Sequence record: SRR22947727_339
Strand: one strand, 5' to 3'
DNA: 64,000 nt
Shown here: positions 48,276 through 59,200 of the stretch, piece by piece
Layout of the letters: the number at the start of each line of letters is the position of its first letter
Position numbering within the stretch: the stretch's first letter is position 1
Notes under the pieces: model-generated
Databases searched by the model: none
What the model was told of the DNA's origin: nothing
Seen by the model: the letters and a program-made list of their open reading frames with translations, nothing else
Made by a program: the position numbers and the translations under genes

Positions 48276-49592
48276 CTATTTTACAAATTGAGTTACTATA
48301 TTTTCTAATCCCTCTTGGCATCCAGAGATAGGGTCAGGTGAACTATTTTTCGTAAGTGAAATCGCTGCCATCTCATCAAGTGACATTTTTCCATCTAACA
48401 TTTTAGCTCCATGGCCTGATGACCAATTTTTATATCGACTATCCTTAAAGTCTTGCAGCTTATCATTTTCAATCATCTTTGCAGCATTTTCCAAAGCACG
48501 GGCCAACAAGTCCATCCCTCCTATATGGCCATAGAAAAGGTCTTTTGCATCAATAGACTGGCGACGAACTTTTGCATCAAAGTTAGCTCCGCCATTTTTA
48601 AAACCACCGCCTTTCAAAATATAATATAAAGCCATAGTAGTTTCACGAAGGTCATTTGGGAATTGATCAGTATCCCAACCATTTTGGGGGTCACCGCGAT
48701 TAAAATCTATCGAACCAAAGATACCAAAAGCATTAGCCATTTCGATTTCATGTTCAAAATTATTTCCTGCCATCGTCGCATGATTTGGTTCGATGTTAAC
48801 ACCCACTTCTTTTTCGAGACCATATTCTTTTAAAAAACCATAAACCGTTCCAACATCACGGTCATATTGATGTTTAGTTGGCTCATGTGGTTTAGGTTCA
48901 ACCCAAATGTCCCCCTTGAAACCAATTTTATGCTTATGCTCCACCACCATAGTTAGGAACCGCCCAAGTTGCTTCATTTCTTGTCCAACATTTGTATTTA
49001 AAATTGTATCGTAACCTTCTCTTCCGCCCCATAAAACATATCCGCTACCACCCAATCGATGAGTCGCTTCGAGACAATGCTTGACTTGCAAAGCAGCAAA
49101 AGCAGCAACATCTGGATTTGGATTGGTTGAAGCGCCGGCCATGTAGCGTGGGTGAGAAAACATATTTGCCGTACCCCAAAGAAGCTTTGTCTTTGATACC
49201 TTCATTTTCTCTTCTATTTTATCAACAATAGCTGCAAAATTTTCGACATGTTCTTTTGGAGTTTCAGCAGCGGCCATAACATCTGTATCATGAAAGCAAA
49301 AGTAAGGGTTACCCAGTTTATTAAAGAAAGAAAATGCAGCCTCTAATTTAGCTTCAGCAATAGCTTGATCATTTGTAACACCATGCCAAGGCCTGTTAAA
49401 TGTGCCACTTCCAAAAATATCAAACCCATCCCAACAGAAGTTATGCCAATAACAGACAGCGAACCTTAAATGTTCCTCCATAGATTTACCCATAAGAATT
49501 TTACTTGAATCGTAATATTTAAAAGCTAATGGATTTTCACTGTCTCTTCCTTCAAACTTAATAGGGTCTATTTCATCAAAATATTTACTCAT
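48276..49592 (-). CDS. xylA: Xylose isomerase (class II)
   Basis: FAVCYWH, FCFHD, WGTAN, LWGGREGY, EPKPHEPTKHQYD, GWDTDQFP, NFDAKVRRQS. Confidence 0.97.
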   Translation of the reverse strand: MSKYFDEIDPIKFEGRDSENPLAFKYYDSSKILMGKSMEEHLRFAVCYWHNFCWDGFDIFGSGTFNRPWHGVTNDQAIAEAKLEAAFSFFNKLGNPYFCFHDTDVMAAAETPKEHVENFAAIVDKIEEKMKVSKTKLLWGTANMFSHPRYMAGASTNPNPDVAAFAALQVKHCLEATHRLGGSGYVLWGGREGYDTILNTNVGQEMKQLGRFLTMVVEHKHKIGFKGDIWVEPKPHEPTKHQYDRDVGTVYGFLKEYGLEKEVGVNIEPNHATMAGNNFEHEIEMANAFGIFGSIDFNRGDPQNGWDTDQFPNDLRETTMALYYILKGGGFKNGGANFDAKVRRQSIDAKDLFYGHIGGMDLLARALENAAKMIENDKLQDFKDSRYKNWSSGHGAKMLDGKMSLDEMAAISLTKNSSPDPISGCQEGLENIVTQFVK

Positions 49593-49603
49593 TTTTATAG
49601 GTC

Positions 49604-51049
49604 CTAATTCAATTCTTTTGTAACATTATAAAGTTTAGAAAAAAGCTCGCGGCGCTCTGAATAAAGTGATTGTAAATCCTGGTTAGGCTCAATGATATGA
49701 CTAACAGGTGGTTGCGTACAAATATTTTCATAATCTTCCCCAGATACACAAAGGCGCGCTAGCCGCGCTGCCCCAAAAGCTGGTCCAACTTCGGCTGCCA
49801 TACGGTAGGTTAGCGGTAATTTCATTACACTGGCTATCACTTCACCCCACCAATGGGAACGAGAGCCGCCCCCAATAACAGACAAACTCTGAATGTTAGC
49901 ACCTTTTGACTTTAAAGCATCAACACCTTCAGAAAGTGCAAAAGCAACGCCTTCTAATGCAGCTTGCGCCATCGATAGAGGAGTGTCTTCATGAGTAAGG
50001 CCAAAAAAGGCTCCTTTAGCGTTTGGGTTATTATGCGGAGTACGCTCTCCTGATAGATAAGGTAAAAATAGCGCTCCATTGCTCGGTTTTTTTGATTTTG
50101 CTGTTTGTTCGTAAAGCGCAATTTCGCTCTCAAATCCTGTTATGCGCGCAACAAAATCCACAGCACTCGCTGCTGATAGAATTACACTCATCTGATGCCA
50201 CATGTTAGGCAGTGCATGACAGAAAGTATGTACTGCACCCTCTGTATTTGGGCGATATTGGTTATCCGCTAAAAAAATCACCCCAGAAGTTCCTAAAGAA
50301 AGAAATCCATCACCAAGTTTAATAACGCCTACTCCCACCGCACCTGCTGCGTTATCACCTCCGCCGGCGGCAATAGGCACTTGGGACATACCCCAATCAT
50401 TAGCAACTTTTGATGTCAAAACTCCAGTCGCATCAGAACCTTCAAACAAGTTAGGCATATGAGAACGTGATAAACCTGTAAGCTCTAAAATTTCATCACT
50501 CCAATCGCGCTTGGCGACATCAAGCCAGAGCGTACCGGAACTGTCCGATTTATCGGAGGCATAATCTCCGCTCATCAAAAATCTTACATAATCTTTTGGC
50601 AAAAGAACCTTAGCTACACGTCTGAAGTTTTCTAGTTCATTTTCGCGCATCCAGTGAAGCTTTGGCGCTGTAAAACCTGGCATTGCCAAGTTCCCTGTGA
50701 TATTTTTCAATCGTGGCATTTGAGCCATCATAGCCTGACAATTACTAAAGCTGCGGCCATCATTCCATAAAATAGCAGGTCTGATAACTTGGTCGTTGAA
50801 ATCTAAACAAATCGCTCCATGCATTTGTCCTGATAAACCAATAGCCTTAACAGAACTGCGGCAGCGTCTATCTAATTTAAGGACAGCTTGATTTGTAGCA
50901 CGCCACCAATCTTGGGGGTCTTGCTCCGACCATAGCGGCTTAGGACGTGAGACCGAAAGGGTCGCAGTTGCTTGATCAATAACAGTCTGTGAGTCATCAA
51001 CCAGAACGGCTTTTACACTGGATGTGCCTATATCAAGACCAAGATACAT
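49604..51049 (-). CDS. xylB: Xylulokinase
   Basis: GLDIGTSSVK, SGQMHG, ILWNDGR, GFTAPK, GGGDNAAG, YLSGERTP; adjacent to xylA. Confidence 0.95.
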   Translation of the reverse strand: MYLGLDIGTSSVKAVLVDDSQTVIDQATATLSVSRPKPLWSEQDPQDWWRATNQAVLKLDRRCRSSVKAIGLSGQMHGAICLDFNDQVIRPAILWNDGRSFSNCQAMMAQMPRLKNITGNLAMPGFTAPKLHWMRENELENFRRVAKVLLPKDYVRFLMSGDYASDKSDSSGTLWLDVAKRDWSDEILELTGLSRSHMPNLFEGSDATGVLTSKVANDWGMSQVPIAAGGGDNAAGAVGVGVIKLGDGFLSLGTSGVIFLADNQYRPNTEGAVHTFCHALPNMWHQMSVILSAASAVDFVARITGFESEIALYEQTAKSKKPSNGALFLPYLSGERTPHNNPNAKGAFFGLTHEDTPLSMAQAALEGVAFALSEGVDALKSKGANIQSLSVIGGGSRSHWWGEVIASVMKLPLTYRMAAEVGPAFGAARLARLCVSGEDYENICTQPPVSHIIEPNQDLQSLYSERRELFSKLYNVTKELN

Positions 51050-53451
51050 TATTGAACTGTTAGTGTCACAGATTTCACATTCTGTGAACTATTGCCAATC
51101 ATGATATCAAACTCTCCCGGCTCCACTACACGTTCCATATCAAGATTATAGAACCAAAGTGACTCCTTCCTGATAGGCAAGGTAACAGTTTTTGTTTCGC
51201 CTGGCACTAGGCTTACACGCTTAAAGCCTTTGAGATCCTTAACGTTTCGCGTGACTGAGCTGACTTTATCACGAATATAAAGCTGCACAACTTCTTCACC
51301 AGCCATCATACCTGTATTTGTTACTTCAACAGAAACGCTTGTTTCTTCATCAACCCCCATTATTGACGAAGAGAGAATAGGTTCTGATATATCAAATGCC
51401 GTATAGCTCATGCCTTCGCCAAAAGCATAAAGCGGAGTTACATCAGCAAAAGCATATCCTCTGCGTGCTGTAGGTTTGTGATTATAATAGGCAGGTATAT
51501 TACCTACGCTACGCGGCACAGATACAGGCATTTTACCAGATGGGTTTGTATCACCAAATAAAATATCCGCGACAGCAGTTCCGGTTTCTTGTCCTAAAAT
51601 CCAGCCATAAAGAATAGCATCAAGATCACTCTCTACATCCGAAAGTGACAAAGGGCGGCCAGAAATAATAACTGAGACAATTGGCTTACCTGTTTTGGCT
51701 AAAGCCTCGATCAGTTCTTTTTGCTCTCCAATTAGCGTGATATCATTCCTGTCGCCCATATGGGTTTCCGACCAAGCCTCACGCGAAGTTGACTCGTTGC
51801 CGCCTATAGCAAGAATAATAAGATCAGCACCTTTAGCTGCTTTTACAGCCTCGACAATATCTTTACGGTTTTGCTCAGGGCCTATGAGACTTACATCGTC
51901 ATCCCACCACGAATTATTATTTGTAAGACTCACGCCTTTAGCGTGAACAACATCTATTGATTTACCAACCTTATTTTTCACACCCTCCAATATAGATATA
52001 GTTTGGCGCGGCTCATCCGAATACCCTCCCAAAACGGTAACGGCTGCGTTTGGACCAATAACAGCAATTTTTTTATATTTTGACTGATCAAGTGGAAGGA
52101 TATTATTCTCGTTTTTTAGAAGTACAGCTGCTTTTCGAGCGGCCTCTTCAGCAAGATCACGAGCTTCTTGGTTTCCAGTAATTTCTTCGGCATAGTCTGG
52201 GTCCGCAAAAGGCGTTGCAAATAAGTTTGCCTTCATTTTCATTTCAAGAACTCTTCGAACAGCTTGATCAATGAGAGCTTCGTCAAATTTTCCAGCCTCA
52301 ATTTTTTCTTTTAATTGATAGTATGCAACACCATCTGGTAATTCGAGGTCAACGCCCGAACGCAGAGCAATTGCACCTGCATCAGCCATATTATCTACTA
52401 TACTATGACGTCCCTTTAACTCGCTAATAGCAAAGTAATCTGCTACTACAACTCCTTCAAAGCCCCATTCACCTCTTAAAACATGGTTCAATAACCAACT
52501 ATTGGCATGCGACGGCACTCCATCAATTTCATTATAGGAAGCCATTACGGAAGCTGCATTACCTTCGCGTATAGCAGCTTCAAAAGGCGGAAAGAAACGC
52601 TCATAAAGCTCTCGATCTGAAATCTGGCTTGGGCCAACATTCATGCCGCCTTCTGGTTGGCCATGGCCTGTCATATGTTTCAAAGTAGCCACAACTTTAT
52701 CATCTGCAATTGGAAAGCTATCTCCTTGAAACCCCTTAACAGCAGCCACACCCATACGGGAAACTAGATAAGGGTCCTCGCCATAAGTTTCTTCAATACG
52801 CCCCCAACGAGGGTCAAGAGCAATATCAACAACGGGTGAAAGAACATGGTGCGCTCCCCGAGCCCTAATTTCACGTGCTGTAATGGAATATACTTTTTCA
52901 ACAAGGTCAGTATCAAATGTAGCAGCTAAAGCGATGGATTGCGGAAAGCTTGTTGCTTGGTAAGCCTGAAAGCCATGTAACCCTTCTTCATGAAATAATG
53001 TCGGAATGCCTAAACGTGTTTCTTCAATATGCCATTTTTGAATAGTATTTATAAGCTCAGCAGTATTTGAAGCATTTCTTCCAGTTAGGCTTCGAACTAC
53101 AGTTGAGTCATTCTCAGATGTACGTTCCCGTTCATCTTCCATACCCTGGGTGTCTTGAGGGCGTGCAAAACACCCGATACCGTGGGGAAACTCTAATTTC
53201 ATCTTTACAGGATTAAAGAAACCGTCTGTATCAATAACTTTCTTTTTATCAAACCATATACAAGAAATCTGAGCAAGCTTTTCATCTAAAGTCATTTTCT
53301 CAAGGAGTTCATTAACGTAATCATCGGATGAACTTGTAACAACCGGTAACATATGACTGAATTTTGAGGAAGATACTTCAGATGCTGTGCAACCTACTAG
53401 AAGTGTAGGTAAGATTAAAAAATTAGCACTCGATTTAAAAAAACGGATCAT
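51049..53451 (-). CDS. GH3 beta-xylosidase/beta-glucosidase, probable lipoprotein
   Basis: Lipobox LLVGC, RLGIP, HEEGLHG, WGRIEETYGEDP, KH, VVADY (nucleophile Asp), Fn3-like C-terminus. Confidence 0.92.
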   Translation of the reverse strand: MIRFFKSSANFLILPTLLVGCTASEVSSSKFSHMLPVVTSSSDDYVNELLEKMTLDEKLAQISCIWFDKKKVIDTDGFFNPVKMKLEFPHGIGCFARPQDTQGMEDERERTSENDSTVVRSLTGRNASNTAELINTIQKWHIEETRLGIPTLFHEEGLHGFQAYQATSFPQSIALAATFDTDLVEKVYSITAREIRARGAHHVLSPVVDIALDPRWGRIEETYGEDPYLVSRMGVAAVKGFQGDSFPIADDKVVATLKHMTGHGQPEGGMNVGPSQISDRELYERFFPPFEAAIREGNAASVMASYNEIDGVPSHANSWLLNHVLRGEWGFEGVVVADYFAISELKGRHSIVDNMADAGAIALRSGVDLELPDGVAYYQLKEKIEAGKFDEALIDQAVRRVLEMKMKANLFATPFADPDYAEEITGNQEARDLAEEAARKAAVLLKNENNILPLDQSKYKKIAVIGPNAAVTVLGGYSDEPRQTISILEGVKNKVGKSIDVVHAKGVSLTNNNSWWDDDVSLIGPEQNRKDIVEAVKAAKGADLIILAIGGNESTSREAWSETHMGDRNDITLIGEQKELIEALAKTGKPIVSVIISGRPLSLSDVESDLDAILYGWILGQETGTAVADILFGDTNPSGKMPVSVPRSVGNIPAYYNHKPTARRGYAFADVTPLYAFGEGMSYTAFDISEPILSSSIMGVDEETSVSVEVTNTGMMAGEEVVQLYIRDKVSSVTRNVKDLKGFKRVSLVPGETKTVTLPIRKESLWFYNLDMERVVEPGEFDIMIGNSSQNVKSVTLTVQ

Positions 53452-53536
53452 TGGTGTTATTCCCTTGATATTATTTTAGCAAAACCTGCCATCTAAAGGT
53501 TTTTATGCTTGATTGTGAACTAGAAGTAAGCAACAA

Positions 53537-53550
53537 TGACAACGTTGTCA
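53537..53550. promoter_or_regulatory. LacI-family operator
   Basis: Perfect 14-bp palindrome TGACAACGTTGTCA with central CG between the divergent GH3 and LacI genes. Confidence 0.75.
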
Positions 53551-53578
53551 ATTGCTCTATAGGAAATTTTAAACGTTT

Positions 53579-54571
53579 ATGCCAACCATTATTGATATTG
53601 CAAAAAAAGCAGGTGTATCATTTAAAACAGTATCACGGGTCTTGAATGAAGAAGTTAATGTACGTCCAGCCACACGCCAAAAAGTTTTAGATGCAGTAAA
53701 AATTCTTAACTACAGGACTAATACGGCAGCACGGAATCTTCGGTCAAAGCGTCCAAAAGTTATTGCACTTCTCATTAACAACCCAAGCCAAAGCTATACC
53801 CAAAGTGTTCAGCTCGGGGCCTTATTAGGATGTCAAAAATATGGTCTTTTTTTGAATCTTCATACAAAATATGATAAAGAAACAATTGTTTCATTAGCCT
53901 CAAATGCAGAAACCATCGGCTTCATACTTACCCCGCCAATATCAGACAATAAAAAAGTCCTGGAAACACTCTCAAATCTTAGAAAACCATTTGTACGCCT
54001 CGGAACTAAACACCCCAAGGCCGCTGGCACCTGCATATGTATTGATGATAGACAGGCCTCATATAAAATTACAGAACACCTAATAAATCTTGGTCATAAC
54101 CAAATTGGATTCATCAAAGGTCATGCTGATTATGAAACTACAACTCACCGTCTATTAGGATATCAAGAAGCATTAGAAGCAAACGGTTTAACTACAAATA
54201 ATGACCTCATTGTCCAAGGGGACTTCTCATATGCCTCAGGTTTAGTATTAACCGAAAAGCTTTTAGGTTTAAATGAAAAACCAACTGCCATTTTTGCCTC
54301 CAATGATGAAATGGCTGCGGGCGCTTTAGCTGCAGCGTATAAAAAGGGGCTGCGTGTACCTGACTCTCTCAGCATTGTAGGTTTCGATGACTCTCCTATT
54401 GCTATGGCAGTGTACCCTCAGTTAACAACTGTACGTCAATCACTCTCTAATATGATAGAAAAAGCGGTAGAAATCTTAGCTAAACCTCAGACTGATAATA
54501 AAAATAAAATTGTTATTCTTGATCACGCTTTAGTGTTAAGAGACTCCACTGGACCTGCTCTAGACACATAG
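53579..54571 (+). CDS. LacI-family transcriptional regulator of the xylose/xyloside locus
   Basis: TIIDIAKKAGVSFKTVSRVLN HTH, NDEMA, GFDD, LTTVRQ. Confidence 0.93.
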   Translation: MPTIIDIAKKAGVSFKTVSRVLNEEVNVRPATRQKVLDAVKILNYRTNTAARNLRSKRPKVIALLINNPSQSYTQSVQLGALLGCQKYGLFLNLHTKYDKETIVSLASNAETIGFILTPPISDNKKVLETLSNLRKPFVRLGTKHPKAAGTCICIDDRQASYKITEHLINLGHNQIGFIKGHADYETTTHRLLGYQEALEANGLTTNNDLIVQGDFSYASGLVLTEKLLGLNEKPTAIFASNDEMAAGALAAAYKKGLRVPDSLSIVGFDDSPIAMAVYPQLTTVRQSLSNMIEKAVEILAKPQTDNKNKIVILDHALVLRDSTGPALDT

Positions 54572-54655
54572 AAAACTTAAATTTACACCATAACAAATTA
54601 AACAGGTAATAACTGCAATAATAAAAAACAGAGAAATATATAAGGGGATAGCTTT

Positions 54656-56074
54656 ATGTCAGACATAAAAAAGCAAAATTCAGAAAGCACAAGATTCATC
54701 TTCCTAATCACAATTGTTGCTACCTTGGGTGGCTTCCTATTTGGTTATGATAGTGGAGTTATAAACGGCACAGTCGATGGATTACAAAAAGCTTTTAATT
54801 CAACAAGTGTCGGCACTGGCCTGTCTGTATCATCAATGCTTTTAGGGTCTGCCGTTGGCGCCTTCTGTGCTGGTTGGCTTGCTGACAAATTTGGTCGGCG
54901 CAATATGTTAATCGTTGCAGCCGTACTCTTCATCATCAGCGCTTGGGGATCAGGCGTTGCAAGTGCCCCAGTTGAGTTCATTGTATACCGTATTTTAGGA
55001 GGTCTTGCTGTAGGTGCAGCCTCTGTCATGGCTCCAGCGTATATTTCAGAAATTGCTCCAGCAAGTACACGTGGACGCCTGACATCTATACAACAAGTAG
55101 CCATTATCTCAGGTTTGTTTTTATCATTTGTTTCAAATTATTTCTTGGCTAAAGCTGCAGGAGGGTCGACTGCAACATTCTGGAGTGGTTTTGAAACCTG
55201 GCGCTGGATGTTCTGGATGGAGCTTATTCCGGCAACACTCTTTTTAGTTCTCTTGTTCTTTATCCCCAAAAGCCCTCGATTTTCTATGTTTCAGGACGAT
55301 GAATCCAGTGCTAAAAAAACATTACTCAAACTTTTTGGTGAGCCAAAAGCTTCACAAAAAATTGAAGAAATACGATCTTCTCTCGCCAGCGATCATAAGC
55401 CTGCACTAAGAGACACCCTGGCTAAAACTGGAGAGAAAGGGTTTGTTTTACGTTCAATTGTGTGGGTTGGTATAGGTCTTGCCATATTCCAGCAACTCGT
55501 TGGAATTAATGTTGTTTTTTACTATGGGGCTGTCTTATGGCAAGCTATTGGCTTTACCGAAAACGATGCACTTTTAATCAATGTTCTCTCTGGTGGCCTT
55601 TCGATAGCGGCAGTTCTAATTACATTGGCAACGATTGATAAGATTGGACGCAAGCCTTTTCTCATTTGGGGGTCCATAGGCATGTTCATCACACTAACTC
55701 TTGTAGCTCTTGCATTTTCACGAGGAGAACTTGTTGATGGCACCCTTCAATTACCAGGACAAATGGGTCTTGTCGCTTTAATCTCTGCAAATGCTTATGT
55801 GGTATGCTTTAATATGAGCTGGGGGCCAGTGATGTGGGTTATGCTTGGTGAAATGTTCCCTAACCAAATCCGCGGTTCTGGTTTGGCTATTGCCGGATTT
55901 GCGCAGTGGATCACTAATTTCGTAATCACATGGTCATTTCCAATCTTCCTATCAGGCATAGGTCTTGCAGCAGCTTATGGTATTTACGCCTTCTTTGCTT
56001 TGGTTTCTGTATTCTTTGTATTTTGGATGGTTAAAGAAACTAAGGGTAAAGAACTGGAAGAGATGACTGGTTAA
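54656..56074 (+). CDS. Sugar porter MFS transporter, XylE/GlcP-like
   Basis: GGFLFGYDSGVING, YISEIAP, PKSPR, QQLVGINVVFYY, SWGPVMWVMLGEMFP, ETKGKELE. Confidence 0.92.
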   Translation: MSDIKKQNSESTRFIFLITIVATLGGFLFGYDSGVINGTVDGLQKAFNSTSVGTGLSVSSMLLGSAVGAFCAGWLADKFGRRNMLIVAAVLFIISAWGSGVASAPVEFIVYRILGGLAVGAASVMAPAYISEIAPASTRGRLTSIQQVAIISGLFLSFVSNYFLAKAAGGSTATFWSGFETWRWMFWMELIPATLFLVLLFFIPKSPRFSMFQDDESSAKKTLLKLFGEPKASQKIEEIRSSLASDHKPALRDTLAKTGEKGFVLRSIVWVGIGLAIFQQLVGINVVFYYGAVLWQAIGFTENDALLINVLSGGLSIAAVLITLATIDKIGRKPFLIWGSIGMFITLTLVALAFSRGELVDGTLQLPGQMGLVALISANAYVVCFNMSWGPVMWVMLGEMFPNQIRGSGLAIAGFAQWITNFVITWSFPIFLSGIGLAAAYGIYAFFALVSVFFVFWMVKETKGKELEEMTG

Positions 56075-56081
56075 TAAATAA

Positions 56082-56112
56082 AAAAAAGGCATTATTAAGT
56101 GGTGCCTTTTTT
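56082..56112. terminator. Bidirectional Rho-independent terminator
   Basis: AAAAAAGGCAT-loop-GTGCCTTTTTT between the convergent sugar porter and autotransporter genes. Confidence 0.7.
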
Positions 56113-56277
56113 GATTACCAATTCAGATTTGTTTATGCTTAATTGCACGCCTAAATATCTACGACTTAGCCCTGCCATCGTTTTTAATTTTTTAATTATC
56201 ATCACATTCACCTTAAAGCTATGCATGTAATTTATAATGCCGAGTAAGTTTGTCTGGAAATAATAATATCACTATTA

Positions 56278-59200
56278 TCAGAATTTTAAAGTTATCCCGG
56301 CCCTATAAGATTGTGTACTCAAATCATCACGGCCAACGGTTGTATCAACTGATAAACTCATAACAGCTTTATCAATTTCAAATGCAATACCTGCGCCAAC
56401 TTCACCCCAAAATTGATCTGTGCCTGCCAAAAGGAAGTTCGCGTGTTCTCCATTACTTTGTGCAAATCCAGCACGAAACATGTTTAGTGAGTCATCAAAT
56501 TCATTTACAACGTCACCTGAAATTCTCCAATAAAAATTGGAGTTTTTATTAGAGACAATATCAAGTCCTAACCGGCCCTGAGTACTTGAATAATATTTAC
56601 GATCAATATTTAATGCTGTAACACCGCCTGTTTCTAAAACATCATTAAAATCAACCATAGCGGTTTGCAAACCCATTTTTGGTATTACAGTAAAGTCTGA
56701 CATTTTTAGAGGCCTTGATAACTGAACTTTACTGGTAACTGATAGGTTTTCATCTTCTGAGGAAAGAGAATAAGACGCAGGGAAAACAATATTTCGTTCT
56801 GTGGAAGTATCAAATGAACCAATACTGAATTGCCCGCTTAAGACTAAATTCGATTTAGATTGTAATTGCCCGTATAATGTTACTGCAGCGTGGTTGCTGT
56901 TAACACTCTTTGCAGCCTGATCATTTAAACTTAAATCAGTATAACTCAACGAGGCACCTAGTTTAATATTTTCTGAAACTGCATGCTCAATGCCTGCTGA
57001 TAACGTCCATCCATCAAAATGTTCTTTCTCTAAATTTGACGAAAAAGGCATTACTGATGCGTTACCGTCTATGAAGGAACCCGCAAGGTAGATTGAGTAG
57101 TCATCGGCAATTTTTTTATTAGTTTTGATACTTGCCTCATTGTCCATATCTGAAACTACAACATTGCTCATTGGAGCCATGGCATCCTGATGGGATGCTA
57201 TTTTCCCAAGCGAGCCCATAACAGATATTGATCCGCCGCTCCAACTACCTGTTTCCATGATCCTTAATCGAGAGGAATGAAACTGAGAGAGTGCATCTGT
57301 TGTAGCTTTTGCTAAGCTTCTTACTGTCATTTCTGCTTCTGGAGCCCAGCTGGTTAATACATCCTGAATTTGAGAGTCCGATGACAAATCTAGAGTAGCA
57401 TATACTGAGTCCAACCCGCCTAAGTCTCTATTGCTGTCCAGTAGTTTAGCATATGATGCATGAATACTATTACTTGCAGAAATTGCATTATTATAAGAAC
57501 CAGCTTCTATTAAAGCAGTCACAGAATTAATATCATGTGTTAAAACTGGCGTTAAAATTGAACTTATATTTTCAGCAGAAAGTTCTCCCGACTGTAAACC
57601 GGAAGTTGTAAGAAATGTGTATGTATTTCCTGACCTAACCTCGAGATTGGGATTAAAGAATACAGTACCGCCTAAACTTGCATCTCCTGTAATTGATAGC
57701 ACATCACTTAGACCATTTGAGCCTATATCTATCATAAGGCTCGATCCTGATGATAAAACAGCACTGCCATCAATAGTCAAAGTTTCAATATTACCGATAT
57801 CACCAGGGGCGATGGTGCCTGCAATGTTTGTGAGAAATGGCGAATTTAGAATGCCAGCTCCTGTTAGGTAACCAAAAAATAATGTATAATCTCCAATACT
57901 ATTGAGAGCTCCGTCTACGGATATGTGTCCGCCTGTTTGATTGATATCCATCAAACTTGTTAGATTACCTGCAGATCCTATTACTAGCTCTGCATTACCT
58001 CCAACATTTAATCGATCAATAGTACGAGTACTACTCAAAGTAGTGATTCCCGCATTCGACATGCTTACCTCAAAATACCGCCTTCCATTCAGCCCTGGTG
58101 CAAGGTCTATATTGTCAGGAATAAAGTTTGTAGCTCCCGCAAGACCATTATCAATTGTTGGACTAGGAAGGGGGTCCCCGCCAGATTGCGATTCAAGATT
58201 AGCATTAATTTCATTGCTAATTATTCCGTTTGTTCCTCCATTTCGTGATGGAGGAGCTGGGTTTCCAGTAGAAATATCTCGGCACGCATCTCCGGAATTA
58301 TCACCTGTAAAGTCAGTACAAATAACTCCAAACCCCGAGTTACCCGAGTCCTCCACACCAAAAGAAGTGGTTTCAGGAAAACCATTAACAACACTGCCAG
58401 AACTATCAATAATTCTGTAATTCGGATCCAAGTCTGTTTGCCAATGCAACGGATCTTCCCAGTCTCCATCTCCTTCGAGAGTGCTCACATATCTATAAGG
58501 GTTATTCGCAGCAATATAATCAGAAAATAAGAATAAAGGCTGATAAAAACTTGACCCCCCGTAAGAGGAAAATACTTGACCATTAAAATAACGAGAACCA
58601 CCAGACAAAACACCCAGAACTAAATCTTCTGCCGTCAAAACATTGTTTTCTGCATCCAAAATAAGTGGCCCGCCAGAGTCACCTCCAGCAGTTGTACCTT
58701 CGTTAGGAAGTGCGTCATCTTGATAAACATTCATATCATAAATGTTGGTTTGATCTGGGTCATCAAAATCAGTGAGATATAAGTTTTGCGGTAAGCCAGA
58801 TCCGCCGCCATATAAGAAATCACCAGAAGCGTCTAATGAGGTTAAAGCGCCCAACATATTTTCAGCAGCCCGGCGCCTCCAGTCTATTCCATAAATAGAA
58901 CCTTGAGAACCTATGCCGCTTCTTCCATACCCAGTTATGTTAACATGATACCCCGTGCCCAGTGCAGGGTCATAGCCGGTATCACCAGGCCCCAACGGAG
59001 TTGGTAGGGGAGAGAATAAAAGCGCCCATGTTGGCACATTAGCAGCCGGTGTGTCCAAAGAAGCGAGTGCTACGTCACCTTCAAGAAAACCTGTGCGCAG
59101 GGAGTCCTCATTATAAATTATCTCATTTACATTGTAGACAAACAACTCAGGGTTAGAGGTGAAGTTGTTTGCAAACCAATTCTGAAGTCCGGGAAGTGAG

